Shown: in pieces, positions 39,761-53,667 of the stretch | Layout: every line of letters starts with the position of its first letter | Position numbering within the stretch: the first letter of the stretch is position 1 | NCBI GenBank assembly: GCA_010909165.1 | Contig: MU008161.1 | Coordinates: 1,302,001 to 1,366,000, forward strand | Reading direction: 5' to 3' | Length of the DNA stretch: 64,000 nucleotides | Source: Anthoceros angustus | Lineage: Eukaryota; Plantae; Anthocerotophyta | Translations under genes and position numbers: made by a program | Notes under the pieces: model-generated | What the model was told of the DNA's origin: nothing | The model's input: only the letters and a program-made list of their open reading frames with translations | Databases searched by the model: none

Positions 39761-42700
39761 CCGCCTCCAACCCCAAAGGTGAGCGCGGCAGGTGCCTCGA
39801 GGCTCGGAGAGATAGCGCCAGAGGGCAGGGTTGCGGAGCGCAAGAGACTGCGAGAATTGTCTCGAGGTCGCACAGAGAAATGACCCTTCTCGTCGGCCAC
39901 GTCGTCGGGAGTAACCGCTGGGCGGGAGGGTGCCCCTTCCCTAAACTAGTGGGGGCGCCCTGTTGAAACACTCGGGCTCTACGCTCGACGCTTTTCACGG
40001 CCGTGCTTGCAGCCTCTCGACGCGCGAATTCATAAGAGAAAGCGAATCCAGCGACCAAGATAGCTGGAAATCATAGTAGAGTAGTGAACTCCTAACTTTC
40101 CACACATACATACAGATGTCATTAGTATGTTAACGTTCATTATCTATATATTGATGAAATATGTTGAATTCTTTTAAATATAGATGAAATAAGTTGAATT
40201 CTTGTGTAGTGACAAATTAATTATCTGCTGTCTAGCCAATGATCGCGGTGCTTAATAAATATCATAGTAAAATGAATTTTTCTAGTCCCCGATTTTGATA
40301 TCCTTGGTGTGGTAGGCAGTTACAAGATTGGCAACAACGGGGTTAGTCCCCCTGGTCCAGTGCCCTTCTAAGGGTTGTTTCCCCTTCTCTTGAGGTAGAT
40401 GGGTTTTTCCATCTCTTTTTCATAATAAAGTCTCTAGGGCTCTCTTTTGCTAGTGCTTTCAAGTGTTTTCTAGTGCTCTCAAGTATTCCCTATCGCTTTC
40501 AAGTGTTACACAAACCCCGCTAAACCGGAGTGCGCCGGTTTCTTTAGTGTGAGATTTTAAGGCATGATATCATCTCCAATCGCTATGTTGACCTATTTAC
40601 ATTCAACCTTTTTATAATAGAAATGTATGCAATATTCCACTAAGCGGTATATGATGTAGGAGGGACAGCACTACAAGATGGCCTTTGAAGGAACTTCAAT
40701 GTCTCATGAATCCTAAGAGGGGTTGTTGCCAGCCGCGTTCTTCAATTATCCGTAAAGGTTTGATCACAGCCCTAATTCAACTGCACATCCCCAACAATTC
40801 AAAGTTAATGGCGACGACATAAAGTGAATCCATAATACCGACAATGTGACATGAATGCAGCATGACGCACTGTCGCGCACGCGAGGGCGCTTGGGGTAAA
40901 CCGTGACCCGCGAACATTGGAAAATGGCAGAGAGTCTTCATCTTCGGGTGTGAGGAAGTAAGTAGCCCTGTGGCTTAATGTGACAAGTCCATGTCGTGTT
41001 ACGTGCTTAACTACCAGCTAGGTTAGATGTTAGACTACCTACGCCTACAAGCCATCTCCCCAGGGATCAGCTAGGGTTGCCTTCATCAAGCATGTCAAGC
41101 TTAGCTTGTCCTTCACGGTTGCGTGCACCGTGACACGCACTACAAAGATTCTATCGGCACCAGCAATATACTCCTACCTGTATTGTTGTAATAGACAAAG
41201 TCTTTAAGTGTGACATGTCAATAAGAGCCTACAACATATGTGTGGGCTACGGACTTCCCTTGGGGGTTAGGAAATAAGTTGGGTTTTGTTTTTTTTCGTA
41301 GGTCCGAAGTGTTGAATAAGGCGGAAAAGGAGGAATAAGCGCGGACGGCGCTCCGGACTGTGCTCCGGAGTGTACTGCGGACTCATGAGCAGGTAACGGA
41401 CCCTGGTACCACTACGACGAGCCACGGACCGCGCACCGGGGTATCGGGATAAGTCCGGACCCCACTCTGGGTCAAAACAGGATAAGTACGCCAGGGAAAG
41501 TAACTTAGAAGTTGAATCGTGAGTCAGACAGAGCGGCGCCACGTGGACGGTCCTGAATGAAAGACGGGCATGCAGCAGGCCAGACCGATGCTGTATGGTG
41601 TATTCACGCCTTGTTGGCCAGAAGGCCGAGTAGGCGGAAGCGCAAGGTGAGAGTAAGCCATGCAGACCTCTGGCAGTTACGGACATGTAGTAACTGCTAC
41701 ATATCATGAATTGGGGCACAGCGTGAAAACCGATCGCCGTGTCACAGTTCCAGCAGTGGAGGAGCTGGTTTAGGCGTTCATGCGTTGAGATTTAAAAAAA
41801 AAAGGGTAATGAACGAATCCGTGAGTTTCACAATTTGTTATGGTGACAAACACCATAGATACCAACTGCTGACATTTATAAGAACGCCGTGATTAAGCAT
41901 CATGAGCTTAGATCGGTACTTAGATGGGGTGCCTAAAGGAAGTGGATGCCCTTGGTGCAAGTAGCTTAGGCACACCATTGTATAAGTTGTTAAGTACCAA
42001 GTCCCATGACGGAAATCCGTCCTTAGTGGACTTCAATAAAATTCTTCTTCTTCTATTGCATCTAGTCTAAGGCTTCCGGCCTACTAGACTGGTCGACATA
42101 TGTAGTAGGGGCAATCCGGCTTAGGGAGCATTTCTGAGAGAAGTCGTAAGCCAGGGATGCTGAGCAGCCAGGCACTGTGAGCCACATTACATCTTCCCGA
42201 GCAACAAAGGTGAACATGCCCTGAAGGGGGCTCCTGTCGAGTAGCCTCATGTAGGTCTCTGCTGGGACACGGCCAATCCAGTTGTGAATGTTGGCCTCAT
42301 AGGCGCCATTCTCACTGACTTCTTCTCCCGCTAGTAAAAGCCGCCCTCGATGCTCCAGCAGGTTGCAGGACAGGGACCTTTGTCACCTTTCAAACTAGGT
42401 ACTGGCACAGCGAGATAAAGTCATTGAAATCATGAATTGAAGTATCCTATTTCTTCAACTTCGAGATATATGGGTGGTGATTCTTCTAACCACAAGGATC
42501 TTGCTCGTTGGTGTGGAAAGTGGGGAGCTATGGTTTAAGACACGAAGATTGGCTTATCTACGCCTTATCACGGTCCACACAGGCCATACCGATGGGCAAG
42601 AGAGGATCCAATCTTGGCTGCATCAAGGACAGAGGGCATAGTTAATCGGACATTCCCCCATCTGGCCTCGGGCTGTTGCCTTGAATTCGTACGTCTCCCT

Positions 42701-43250
42701 TGCTCCACCTGGCTCCCGTCGAGCAGGTCGTTAAGGTCGCCTTGCACAACCATCTGGCATAAGTTTGCTCAAGGTGCACAGTCGTGGTAGCCAGTTCCTT
42801 TAAGCGTTCTGATAGAGCCAAAGAGCGCGCCCACAGCCACTGGAAAGTTGTGTGTTGACGTGTAGAGGTCAACAAGTACCCATTGGAGTACTCCTCAAGT
42901 GAACAGTTCGATCACACCTGTCAATCACTCTATGACTCACTCTGCACCGATGCATTCACATTCCCGGTTAACTGGGCTCTGGAAATAATGCTGTCAAATA
43001 ATGTTCCTCATGTCACCGGGACACGAGGAACTAGAGTTCAATTGAAACGAAGAACCATACAACGAAGACAGAACAGAGAAAGCGTAACGCCTTTCGTCTG
43101 TCCATGTTGGGAACACTTTTATCTACCAAAACTTCGGGCACAACTGGCATCGTGCTCAGGATGATGCCAAGCGGAGCACAACAACTGTACCACAGGTACA
43201 TCACCCTCCGAGTCAACACTTCATGTTTTATCATCCTCTCATTCAGCACT

Positions 43251-46200
43251 TCATTGAGCAGATGCCAACTCCTTACGCAGCAACTTTGCACTGTTCACCA
43301 AGTTTGTCAGGGCTGGAATAACTTCGGCGTATTTCCTGGTCTTGAGTCCACAGTCGGGGTTGATCCACAACACCTTCAGGTCCAAAACTGCCAACATCTG
43401 GAATGCGAGATTTGTGGTTCAGAGTTAGCAACGCCACTTTCACACAAAGTAAACGAAGTCAAGGCCACAGTTGAGAATCTCACCTTCCGGACACGCTCAG
43501 CCATTTCTTCTGTGTCCGGCACACGCGGTGAATGAATATCGTACACTCCAGGGCCAATGCCTGCACCGTAAGTTACTCCCTCACGGAACACAGACAGCAG
43601 CTTCTCATCAGAGCGGGAATTCTCAATGGTGATGACATCAGCATCCATATCAATGATAGAGTGGATGATATCATTGAAGTGAGAGTAACACATATGAGTG
43701 TGAATCTGCAAAAGTGACAAGCCCATATCAGTTAGGCACAAGAAACCATAATACTGTGGCGTTGTCAAATGCGCAACAGTACCTGAGTTGTGTCCTTCAC
43801 CCCAACGGCGGTTATGCGGAAGGCATGCACAGCCCAGTCAAGATAGCTGGCCTGTTCTGACTTTCGAAGAGGCAACCCTTCTCTCAAAGCAGCTTCATCA
43901 ATTTGGATCACCTACAATAACATGATCGCAATGGCAATGAGTTAAGTAAGTTGAGAACAAATGAGGACAAACAGAAGTAAGAGGCCATGGAGCTACTTTA
44001 CTGATACCTGGATTCCAGCAGCTTCAAGGTCCTCGACTTCATCCTTGATAGCCAGGGCAATCTGCAGCGTTGTCTCAGACCTGCCAGTACCAGCAGAGTG
44101 GCGCTTGTTAAAATCCAAATGTCTAGAGACAGTTCGATGTGGTCAGAAGAGCGACAGCAATCATGTTACTAACCGAGGCTGATCGTTCCGAACAAATGAC
44201 CAGTTGAGAATAGTGACAGGCCCTGTTAGCATTCCCTTCATCGGGCGTGCTGTGAGACTCTGGGCATACTTGGACCAAGTCACGGTCATTGCAGTTGGCC
44301 GGCTAACATCTCCAAAGATGATTGGTGGCTTCACACATCGGGATCCATACGATTGGACCCACCCATTGGCAGTGAACACAAATCCTTTGAGCTGCTCACC
44401 AAAGTACTCCACCATATCATTCCGCTGCAGACAAAGCCCAAGCAAGATTAGCCTTTGTCCCAACTGATGATGCCATAGAACTCAAGGGCGCAGAACTCAC
44501 CTCTGGTTCTCCATGTACAAGCACATCAATGTCAAGATCCTCCTGCAGCTTGACAACCTTTGCAATTTCTGCCTGGATAGCTTTGACATACTCGTCTTCT
44601 GATACCCTGAACACAGTGAATTCGCCATGATGTTAGAAGTGCTCACCACGATTTATAACTTCCCAATCACCTGAAGACATTTATAATACTCACTTATTGC
44701 TCTTGAAGTCTCTGCGGACTCTCCTCAACTCTGGAGTCTGTGGGAACGAGCCGATGGTGGTCGTTGGCAAAATCGGAAGCTTAAGGTGCTTCTGCTGCTC
44801 CTGCAGGCGGTGGTGGACAGGTGATGCTCGCCTGTGCTCCGAGCCCTTGAGAGCCTTGATCTGAGAGGGAAGAGACACAACTTAGCACGTTTTTATCATC
44901 CAGATATGGCTGCAGGGCACAGCTGCGCCTCAAAGGTCAGAGAACTAACAGCTTCCTGGACCGCTTTGTCATGAACCCTTGGCGACGACCTCCTTGAAGC
45001 TTGGGCAGCAGCATTTGCCGCAAAGAAATCCTGCTCACCAATACCGCACACAACGACACTAGTTTCAGTGCACTGATGACAGAAAGTCCACTCAAAAGCT
45101 TGAAACTGGAGAGAAATGGTGCATCCATCTTAGCTCATGTACCTCATCTTTCTTTCCTGCAAGAGCATTGGCAAGAGCTACGACTTCCACCACTTTCTGA
45201 GCAGCAAATGCTAGCCACGACTTAAGCTCAGCATCCAGCTTTGTCTCATTGCTCAAGTCAACGGCGGTGTGGAGCAAAGAGCTTGAAGTTGAAACCACCA
45301 AGTTCTCTGTGCACGGTCATTGCAGATCATACCAGATTAAAAACCGAACACAGAACCCACATCCACGGAGATTCCATCTCCCGTACTGCTCCGCAAGAGA
45401 CAAAACGACAGTCCATACCTTTTCCAACTTGCTTCTGTAACTGCTCAAGGAGAGCAAATGAGGCTAAAAGGTCATTAGCCCAAATGTTACGACCATCAAC
45501 CACTCCTGCAAACAGAGTCTTGCCTCTTGGGAAGCCGATTTCCTTGATCAGTTCCAAGGTCTTTGTCCCACGGACAAGGTCCAGCCCTATAGCGGAGATG
45601 CTATCAAGCTCAGCCAGGAGCCTGAGGACAGAAAAAGGTGAGTCCCGTCTCGAGAGCCTGTTCCATCCGAAAAGAGTACAGCAACAGATCGATGAAAAGA
45701 AACTAAATGCCCACTCACTTGTATGCTCCCACAGGGATGTCTGCGAAATACGTCTGGAGAATGAACTTGGTGTTCCCAATGTCAGAACCCAAGAGAGCAT
45801 ACGCTTTGCGGAAAGCATCTAGCTTGCTGGCCTCCAAGTCCAACACAAGTGCAGGTTCATCAAACTGCACCCACTTGGCACCTGCTTCCTTCAACTCAGA
45901 AACCAACTCCCTGATCACACACCCAAGGAAACGACCGTCAACAACATGCTACCAGGCAGCATCGACAAGCCAACGAGCCTCCGCGTGCAGAAGTACTCAC
46001 TTGTAAACGGGGAGGACGGCGTCCAGGAGAGAAAGCAGATCGAACGCCTTGTCGACACCCTTGGCGGGCTTGGCTAGCAATAAATAGGTGACGGGACCCA
46101 CAAGCACAGGGACTGTCTCGACACCGATCTGCTTCAGACGCGCGTACTATTATTAGTCAGATCCGATGAAAAAACAGTCGATAAAACCACTTTCACTTCC

Positions 46201-46792
46201 ACAAGAGCGATTCCTGCCACGTACCGACTTGGCTTCCTTGTACTCCTCAACCGCCTTGCGCGACGACAGCTTGAACTTGGTATCCGGGCTCAACTCCGGG
46301 ACAATGTAATGGCTACGCGAGATGGATCGGGCAAACCCGCAGATTGTAATCAGAGCAATGCCTTCCCCACAGCAGGCAGCAGCAGCAGCCAAACACAAAG
46401 AGACGGATCCAACAGCAAAGGCAGCGGACGCGGCGCACTCACTAGTTGGTGTCGAACCACTTGGTCATTTCCATGGCCGGCTGGGATTTGTTCCCGCGGG
46501 CCATGGAGAAGTAGACGTCGAATCCCACTTCTCCGCCATCCCAGCCGTATCGGGGAGGCACGGCTCCCAGCGCGGCGGTGGTGTCCAGCACCTGGTCGTA
46601 GAAGGAGAAGGTGTTGCTGGGAATGTAGCGCACGCCGGCGTCAGCCGCCTGCTTCCAGATAGCCAGGCGGAGCTCCTTGGCGACCGTCTCGAGAGCGGCG
46701 GCGTCGCTCTTGCCATCCCAGAACGACTCCAGCGCGAACTTGAGCTCCCTCTTGGGGCCCATGCGCGGGTAGCCGACGATGTGGGAAGCCAT
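43251..46792 (-). CDS. METE: Cobalamin-independent methionine synthase (about 14 coding exons)
   Basis: [76 protein letters not shown]. Ends KELASAQ*. TATA-like motif near 47110. Confidence 0.97.
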
Positions 46793-47364
46793 CTCTTGTT
46801 GCAGCACCTGCAGGCAGGGACCCCGAGAGCTCAGAATTCCCGCCAAGAACCAGTCTCGATCCGAGATTACGCTTCTGCGCCAAGAAGCAAGCAGGCAGCC
46901 CAGATCGGATCCCAATTCCACTGCTCGACACGAATGCGCGCAATTGCTCGCATCAGAATTCAATGAGGAGGAGACGGGAGCGACCACGCACCGGCCCTCG
47001 CAAGCAGCAGCAGTGCGCAGAGAAGCTTGAGACGTCGAGGGAAGCGCACGCGGTCCGGGATCAAGCGAGGAGAGCTCGAGGCATGCTGCAGACTTCTTCC
47101 CAGCTGTAATATATAACCCCCCGGTAGGGCTTGGAGATGAAAGAGAGACAACCACAGTACATTCCACGACAACAAACCAGCGTTACTGTTTCACACTGGT
47201 GCCATCGGATTATGTGTGTCGAGAAAATCACTGCTCAAAACCCGCGCAATCACCTCGTCCCACAATGGAGCCAAGCAAAGCCTGGCAAACCAAACCAAAC
47301 GCACCAACCATCATACTCAAAACAAACGTACACCGACTCTCTCGCCACAGTTTCTGAATCTGCA

Positions 47365-47662
47365 AAGCATATCAACAGCACTTGCAAAGCATACCAACAG
47401 CATTTGCAAAACATATCAAAGGCATTTGCCAAACATATCATAAACATGTCAAAGCATCTGTGACACTTGTCAAGCCATTTGCAAGGGCAGTTGCAAGGCA
47501 TATCAAGGGTATTTGCAAGATACATCAAGGGCATTGGCAAGATACATCAAGGGCATTTGCAAGACATATCAATGGCATTTGCAAGGCATATCAAGGGCAT
47601 TTGCAAGGCATATCAAGGGCATTTGCAAGGCATATCAAGGCATTTGCAAGACATATCAAAGG
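47365..47662. repeat. ~23-bp tandem repeat upstream of METE
   Basis: GCATTTGCAAGGCATATCAAGG units, cleanest at 47490-47660. Confidence 0.9.
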
Positions 47663-48433
47663 CCTGTCTGTGCAAAACACCCGCAACATCTTAGCTCGAC
47701 CATCCGCAATATCTGGCCCTAACATAACTCAACGTCCACTGCATGTTCTCTCATCGAGATTTCAGTAGCGAGACATGGTGCAAGCGCTTAACCCGTGGTA
47801 ATGTTGTAGGTAGCTCATCCACGTCCTGGTCCCGAGATGCACGCCTCTGATTGGCGATGGCAGACTGGAAAGGACAGGCCAGCCCAGAGGTTGCCTGCAT
47901 GCCTGCAGCACTGGCTGTAACGCGCCTCGGCAGGTACATTCCCTTTAGCCGTAAATATCTCCACGCTTCACATGCCCTGCCAATCTCTGCATTCCTTTGT
48001 GGTCCAGCAGGCGCCACCGAGCCATGTGACACCGTAAGTGCGCAGGCCTTGCCAATTATGGAAGGCCTCGGGGCGGGCCACGTTCGCCGTCCTCGCGGTG
48101 TCCTTTGGGTGAATTAGGGCGAGGCCGACTGGATCGTCAGAGGTGCTTGCTTCGTCGGTGGTGGTTTGGTGTTCGTGCGTGCGTCCGGCGGGTGCAGGCT
48201 GACTATGGAGTTTACATGCAGGGAGAGCAACGTGATGTCTCACGTTGTCCTCTCATTTCCTGTTTATGAGAACGATTGCACGACACTATGAGCTCGGCTC
48301 AGGAAAATGGGGAGCCAGGGCTGAAGCCGCGCTCACGAGCCTTCTACACTGCTACTGCACAACAGCTTGCCTAATGCCTTGCTGCTGCGGACCACGAATC
48401 TGCACAGCCTAGGGCGCCTTCTTTCCTATGGAA

Positions 48434-50545
48434 TCACGAATAGAGCTTCCCCTGATCCTCGACTCTGATCACCAGCTTCTCGTTACTGCGTTTCGTGAGT
48501 TGCAGCTTTTCACAAGCTGCGTTCGGGTCTGCGTAAGCTGATGACTCCGAGGGTAGACCTCTCTGCGAAATCACGACAAGCACAAAGGTTTGCGATCAGC
48601 ACGGCCGCACGGAAGGGATACTTATTTTGTTCTGTTCTCATAAACTGCAAACATGACCGGAAGCTTATCGTACCCTGGCCAGTGACTCGAACGTTTCTTC
48701 TCTCTGGACGTGCTCTCTGATGACCAGTGGCTCCATCTTGGCGTCCTCTTGAAATGCTGAGAACATGCGTGTATCCCTAAGTCTCATGATAGACCCGTCT
48801 ACTCGTAGCTGCAGCACCACATTTCCGAGCGTGTCTTAGTAATGACATGCGAACCTTTGTCAGGATGTGAGCTTTCCGGGATAACCTTACCCAGAAACGC
48901 AAGAGAAGAAACCAGCAAGTCGGCATCACTCTCTGCAACAGCACAGCGTTTTGTGTCAACACGAGACCTTTTAAGCCAAGCAGGTGAGACAACAGGCCAA
49001 CTGTAAGACGATCCAGGCTTACCACTTTCACGGACAGAAAAGCAATGCCATTGTCAGCTAGTTCATCCTCGTACAGTACCACCTGTGGAGCAGACACTGC
49101 ATTTCTCAGCTGTGGACTCGAAGCAGCCACTCTAGCCAACTAAGAACAACATCAGAGCAGACCGTTTTGAGCTGTTGACCTCATCGTAGAAAAGGATGGG
49201 ATCCTTGGCCTGCAGCGCCACTAAATTGATTTGGTCTTTGCACTCCACCCATTCTAGGCTCTTTGATGGCTGAGCAGACGGGTGATCCTTGGCCTCCTCC
49301 ACGGCTTCTGAAGAGTCCTGTGAGTCACATGCAGACATACACTTCAGTTTGAAGACTTTTCTGCTGCGCTGGACATCTTTGAGTACACAGTCATTACAAG
49401 CACACATGCTCTTGTGGCAACGCCTTAAGCCTGGGACCAGTTTTAATACTAAAGCCAAGTATTTGAAAGCTTTACCCGCTCCTCGATAACCTCGCTTCCA
49501 CTGTAGGGGGTGGTAAAGGTATAGTCGTAGTCAAGAATCAGTTGTTGGCTTGGCTTGCTGCAAGCCCAGAAGGACAAAGTTGCCAGAGTGTGTCATGGAA
49601 ACAACATCCACAAGAATACCCTCGTCTGACCAACTCTCGTGTTAGTGCTGAGAGATGAATATGACGACTCTCGCGAACGAGTTCACTTCCTTCCAGTACC
49701 TTTGCTCTGCAACATGCTGGATGAATGGCCTTCAGAATCACGAAACTACAGACTGCAGCTGCCTAACATATCACACAGATGGATGCCTTTGTCTTGCCCG
49801 TGACAAAAGGTTAAGATCCACGGCTCGGACAACCTAAGCCTCCGCGGCCAGAACTGTCAAGTCAACATATTACACTTGGATATCGCACTGCACACAATCC
49901 TTTCCATCCTGGGCTATGCAATGCACCACGACCCAATGGGACTTGCGACATCACTCCTCCACGGAAATGCACGCTGCAACACTTACCTCCTAAACTTCCA
50001 TTTGGCGGCAGCTGGCACTTCCACAGGCGGCAGCCTTTCTTCCTTCCAAGCACGCAGAGCATCCAACGCGTTGAAGTGTATCTTGATTCCCGTCGCTTCA
50101 TGCAAGAGCTCCAGTGAGCTGTTCCCGAACACCATCTCCGGCAGATGACTGGTTTCGAGCAGCTTCTCCCATCTGCGCACAGAGTCCGACTTCAACATCA
50201 CTTCTCCACGGTGCCCGACCAGAAACCATCAGACGGTCGACGCGGATGGCTCTTAGGACGAAGGGCAGGGCCTCGGGGGCGGATCGAACCACACCAAGCC
50301 CACCTCCACAAGCAGCAACACCAACAAACCCACCTTTGCACCCCGCCCATGTTGAGAATCGAGCGCTTCTTTGTTTGGATCTGCCACCCGGCCACGCGCA
50401 CTCCAGTGAACTCTTTGTTCACGATCTCCACGCATTGCACCTGCGGGGCTTCGGGCAGCCCCACCTCGGCGCTCTCCTGGTTGTCAGTGCCCACGACAGG
50501 CCCGGGTTTCTGGGCCGCATCCACAACCAGTCCACCTGACGCCAT
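48434..50545 (-). CDS. TIP41: TIP41-like protein (TIPRL, PP2A/TOR regulator), multi-exon
   Basis: HLPEMVFGNS, FNALDAL, DYDYTFTTPY, ILFYDEVVLYEDELADNG, VRVMPTCWFLLLRFWLRVDG. The start codon is uncertain by a few codons. Confidence 0.93.
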
Positions 50546-51092
50546 GGCCGTAGCTTGCGCCGGCGAGATCACCATCCCAGCGTGTCCATAAGCAAAGCCC
50601 GCGGATGGGATCGTGGAACCTTCCCTGCCCAGGATCGGCTTTCCGGCTACGCCATCGCGTCTCCCGAGCAATGACCGGACATTAGGTTTTCCGGCGTACA
50701 ATAAACACAAGTGCACTGCACACGACGTTTTGCTGATAGGCAAGTGAAGTAAGGACATGGACAATTGAATTTTACCGGTGATCAGTTTTACGAGGATGGG
50801 TCGACGATCGAAGGTCTGGTCGCACAACTACCCACTGACGATGGTGGGCGTGCTGTAGGCAAGACTCAGATTCTCAGTGCTCCAGCCGCTGCATCCAGTC
50901 CACAACTGAGGTGCGCAGTGAGGCTTTTGGCATCAATGAGGCTGGCTCTGATGGTTCGGAAAGGCTCCAATTCTGTGGAATTGGAGGTTATCGTTGAAAT
51001 GGAAGATTCGTGTGGTGCTTATTCCAGATGCAGGTGGGCTACAAGCAAGTGCGAGAGAGTGGCATAGTCAACAGTAAGCTAGCAGAGCCAAA

Positions 51093-53165
51093 ATGGGCTG
51101 CTGCGAGGGCAAGCTTGCCGGTGGAGGAAACCAGCAGAACAAGGTTTCCAAATGGCGCAGCACAGGCATTGTGGGTTTGAGAGACTCCAAGTTAAAGGTA
51201 CCTTCATATAAGCCTCACCCTCGGTGTACAATGGCGTGCAAGGATTCTTCACCATAGATCAGACATTACAGATATGACGATTATAAGTTCGATGATGACC
51301 AGGGTGTCTTAATGCACACTAGAAATTGCACTTCATCACTGTCTTGGTGATGCGACAGGGTATTCCCGGTGCAGTTTTGGATATCGCGACGAGCATTCGG
51401 ACCCTAGATGTCACGAACAACAAGATCGGTGCGCTTCTCCTTTCGCTGTGTACTTGTATCAGAGTAGCTGGTTGTATGTTGATCTGCGTCATATCCGCTC
51501 GTCGTGTGCAGCTCTCCTTCCCTCTGAGATCGGGGACTTCGTGAACCTGCAACGATTGGTGAGTGTTGTCATGCAAGTGATAGGAAGTTCATGCTTGAGG
51601 GTCATAACATCTCCTGTCCTTTTTAGCTGTGATGATAGTGCAGACTTGGATTCTCGAATGGTTCTTGCACCTGGAGCTTACTTGCTTGCATGCTTGTGTT
51701 AGATACTTGCGATGAACCAGTTGGAAAGCCTCCCTGCCTCCATTGGCAAGCTGCAGCACCTGAAAATTCTTGCACTCGACAACAATCGACTAGAGAACTT
51801 ACCTGAAGAAGGTTAGAATTCAGAAGCTGTGCATCTGGGATTTTCTGTGCATATTTATGGCCGCTGGTTATTTGTGATGCATTTGGGCCTTCTTTCGGAC
51901 AAGAATGTCAGGCCTGTTCTGTGCAGTTCAAGACGTTGGGGGTGACCTTCTGGTTCTGACAGCACCGTGTATGTAGTGGGGCTCCTCAGCAGATTGGAAA
52001 AGTTATCTCTGTCTGGCAACTCGCTTGATTCTATACCAGATGTGTTTGGTACTCTGCAAAAGGTTCAACTCAGTACATGCCGGGCAATTTACAAAAATAT
52101 GCACAGCTATCTCCATTCTTAGCCACTGCGCGAAAAATGGTTGTCGATCACTCCTCCTCCGTTGACGGTTGCTAACTTTGGCCCCCTTTCCTTGTGTTCT
52201 AGTTGGTGGTGTTGGATTTGAGCAAAAATCAGCTGAAGGCGCTTCCAGTTTCCCTGGGGAGTTGTCAATCATTAGAGGAGCTGGAAGCCAGCGGTAAGGG
52301 TTAAACGTCTGGTATGACAAAAGAGTTTCTTCTACATCTTGTGCTGACTGCTTCCTTGCTTAGTTTTCGATCTTAGTCATGGTATGTTGGAGCAGGGTAA
52401 GTGGCAGAGGAATGAGGGGCCAACAGCTACTGTAACTGCCATGGACTATGTTCATGAATCCCTCTGCATGTCTGTGCCAGATAATGTGATTGAGCAACTA
52501 CCAACATCTCTCGGAAACCTGACTCTCTTGAAGTCATTGCGGCTTGATGGTAACCGCCTGGAGCAGGTCTGTTGTCCATCTGTGCTTCGCTCACACATAT
52601 CTTCCTTCCTTTGTGCTGGACTGCACCACATCATAGTTGCCCCTTTCATGTACGATTCGGAATGCACTGTATCATAGCAGAGCTGAGCTTACATCCGCAA
52701 GCTGCCGTGATTGGAGGCATTTCGAGCTGAGTGTAGATAGTAAGCATGCAACCTGGTGCCAGAGCTCCTGAGAATTTCTTGCACCCATTCGATTTTTGCT
52801 TCCAGAAGGTCTGGCACATCCCATTGTCTTTGCTTGATGCTAATCGGCGGGTGACGTGTGAAACAGCTACCGCCTCGTCTTCTGACGGAAGCACGAGCTT
52901 TGCAGAATTTGTCAATCCACCGAAACCCTATCACCGTTGATCTTCTGCATCAGGTACACGTTTTATTTTGTGTGTCCAAAGACACACAAGTGTTTTGCCC
53001 GATGAAATGCACTAATATTCAGCGCAACGGATGTTTGTGTAGATGAAGGGATTCCAGGAGTACGAGGCAAGAAGGAAGAAGAAGTTTGATAAGCAGCTTG
53101 ATGCCAATGTTATGTTGGACTCGAAGGGGTTCGACGAGGGAATCGACCTGAAGCTGTTGACATGA
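51093..53165 (+). CDS. Small leucine-rich-repeat protein, LRRC57-like, 9 exons
   Basis: MGCC N-terminus, KWRSTGIVGLRDSKLK, IRTLDVTNNKI, successive LxxLxLxxNxL exons and terminal YEARRKKKFDKQLDANVMLDSKGFDEGIDLKLLT*. All introns are GT-AG. Confidence 0.9.
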
Positions 53166-53440
53166 ACAAGTCGACATGAATTGAGCAGCTTGATGCTGAT
53201 GTTAAATTGGACTCGAAGGGGTTCGACGAGGGAATCGACCTGAAGCTGTCGACATGAACAAGTCATGCTCCTCTTGAGCAGCTTGATGCTGATGTTAAAT
53301 TGGACTCGAAGGGGTTCGACGAGGGAATCGACCTGAAGCTGTTGACATGAACAAGTCATGCTCGTCTTGAGCAGCTTGATGCTGATGTTAAATCGGACTC
53401 GAAGCGGTTTGACAAGGGAAACGATGTAGACCTGTCGACA
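53091..53440 (+). repeat. ~92-bp unit covering the LRR gene's last codons, 4 copies
   Basis: AGCAGCTTGATGC...GGACTCGAAGGGGTTCGACGAGGGAATCGACCTGAAGCTG..GACATGAACAAGTC is repeated; the fourth copy is degenerate. Confidence 0.92.
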
Positions 53441-53667
53441 GGAAAGAGATTTATGCTCCTCTTCAGGAAACACTTACGTGCAGTGATAATGCGAGCGTTT
53501 GCTCTCTATTCCCCAAAGTAGGCCAGCTTTTAATACCAAACAAACTTCTGAATGGATTGACAAAATGTTGATGAATGTTGAAGAAAGGAAAAGACATATT
53601 AACACAGAATCGCAAATGTTCCTAGGACTTCGTCCTGTGAGCTGACTGATACATTCTCCTACCATGG

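Noticed and set aside
40075-40215. GTAGTG motifs as the right CACTA TIR
   Set aside because: The flanking triplets (AAC, ACA) do not match the CTA before 33517.
42060-42900. Coding-like minus-strand fragments downstream of METE
   Set aside because: No family could be assigned from the sequence alone.
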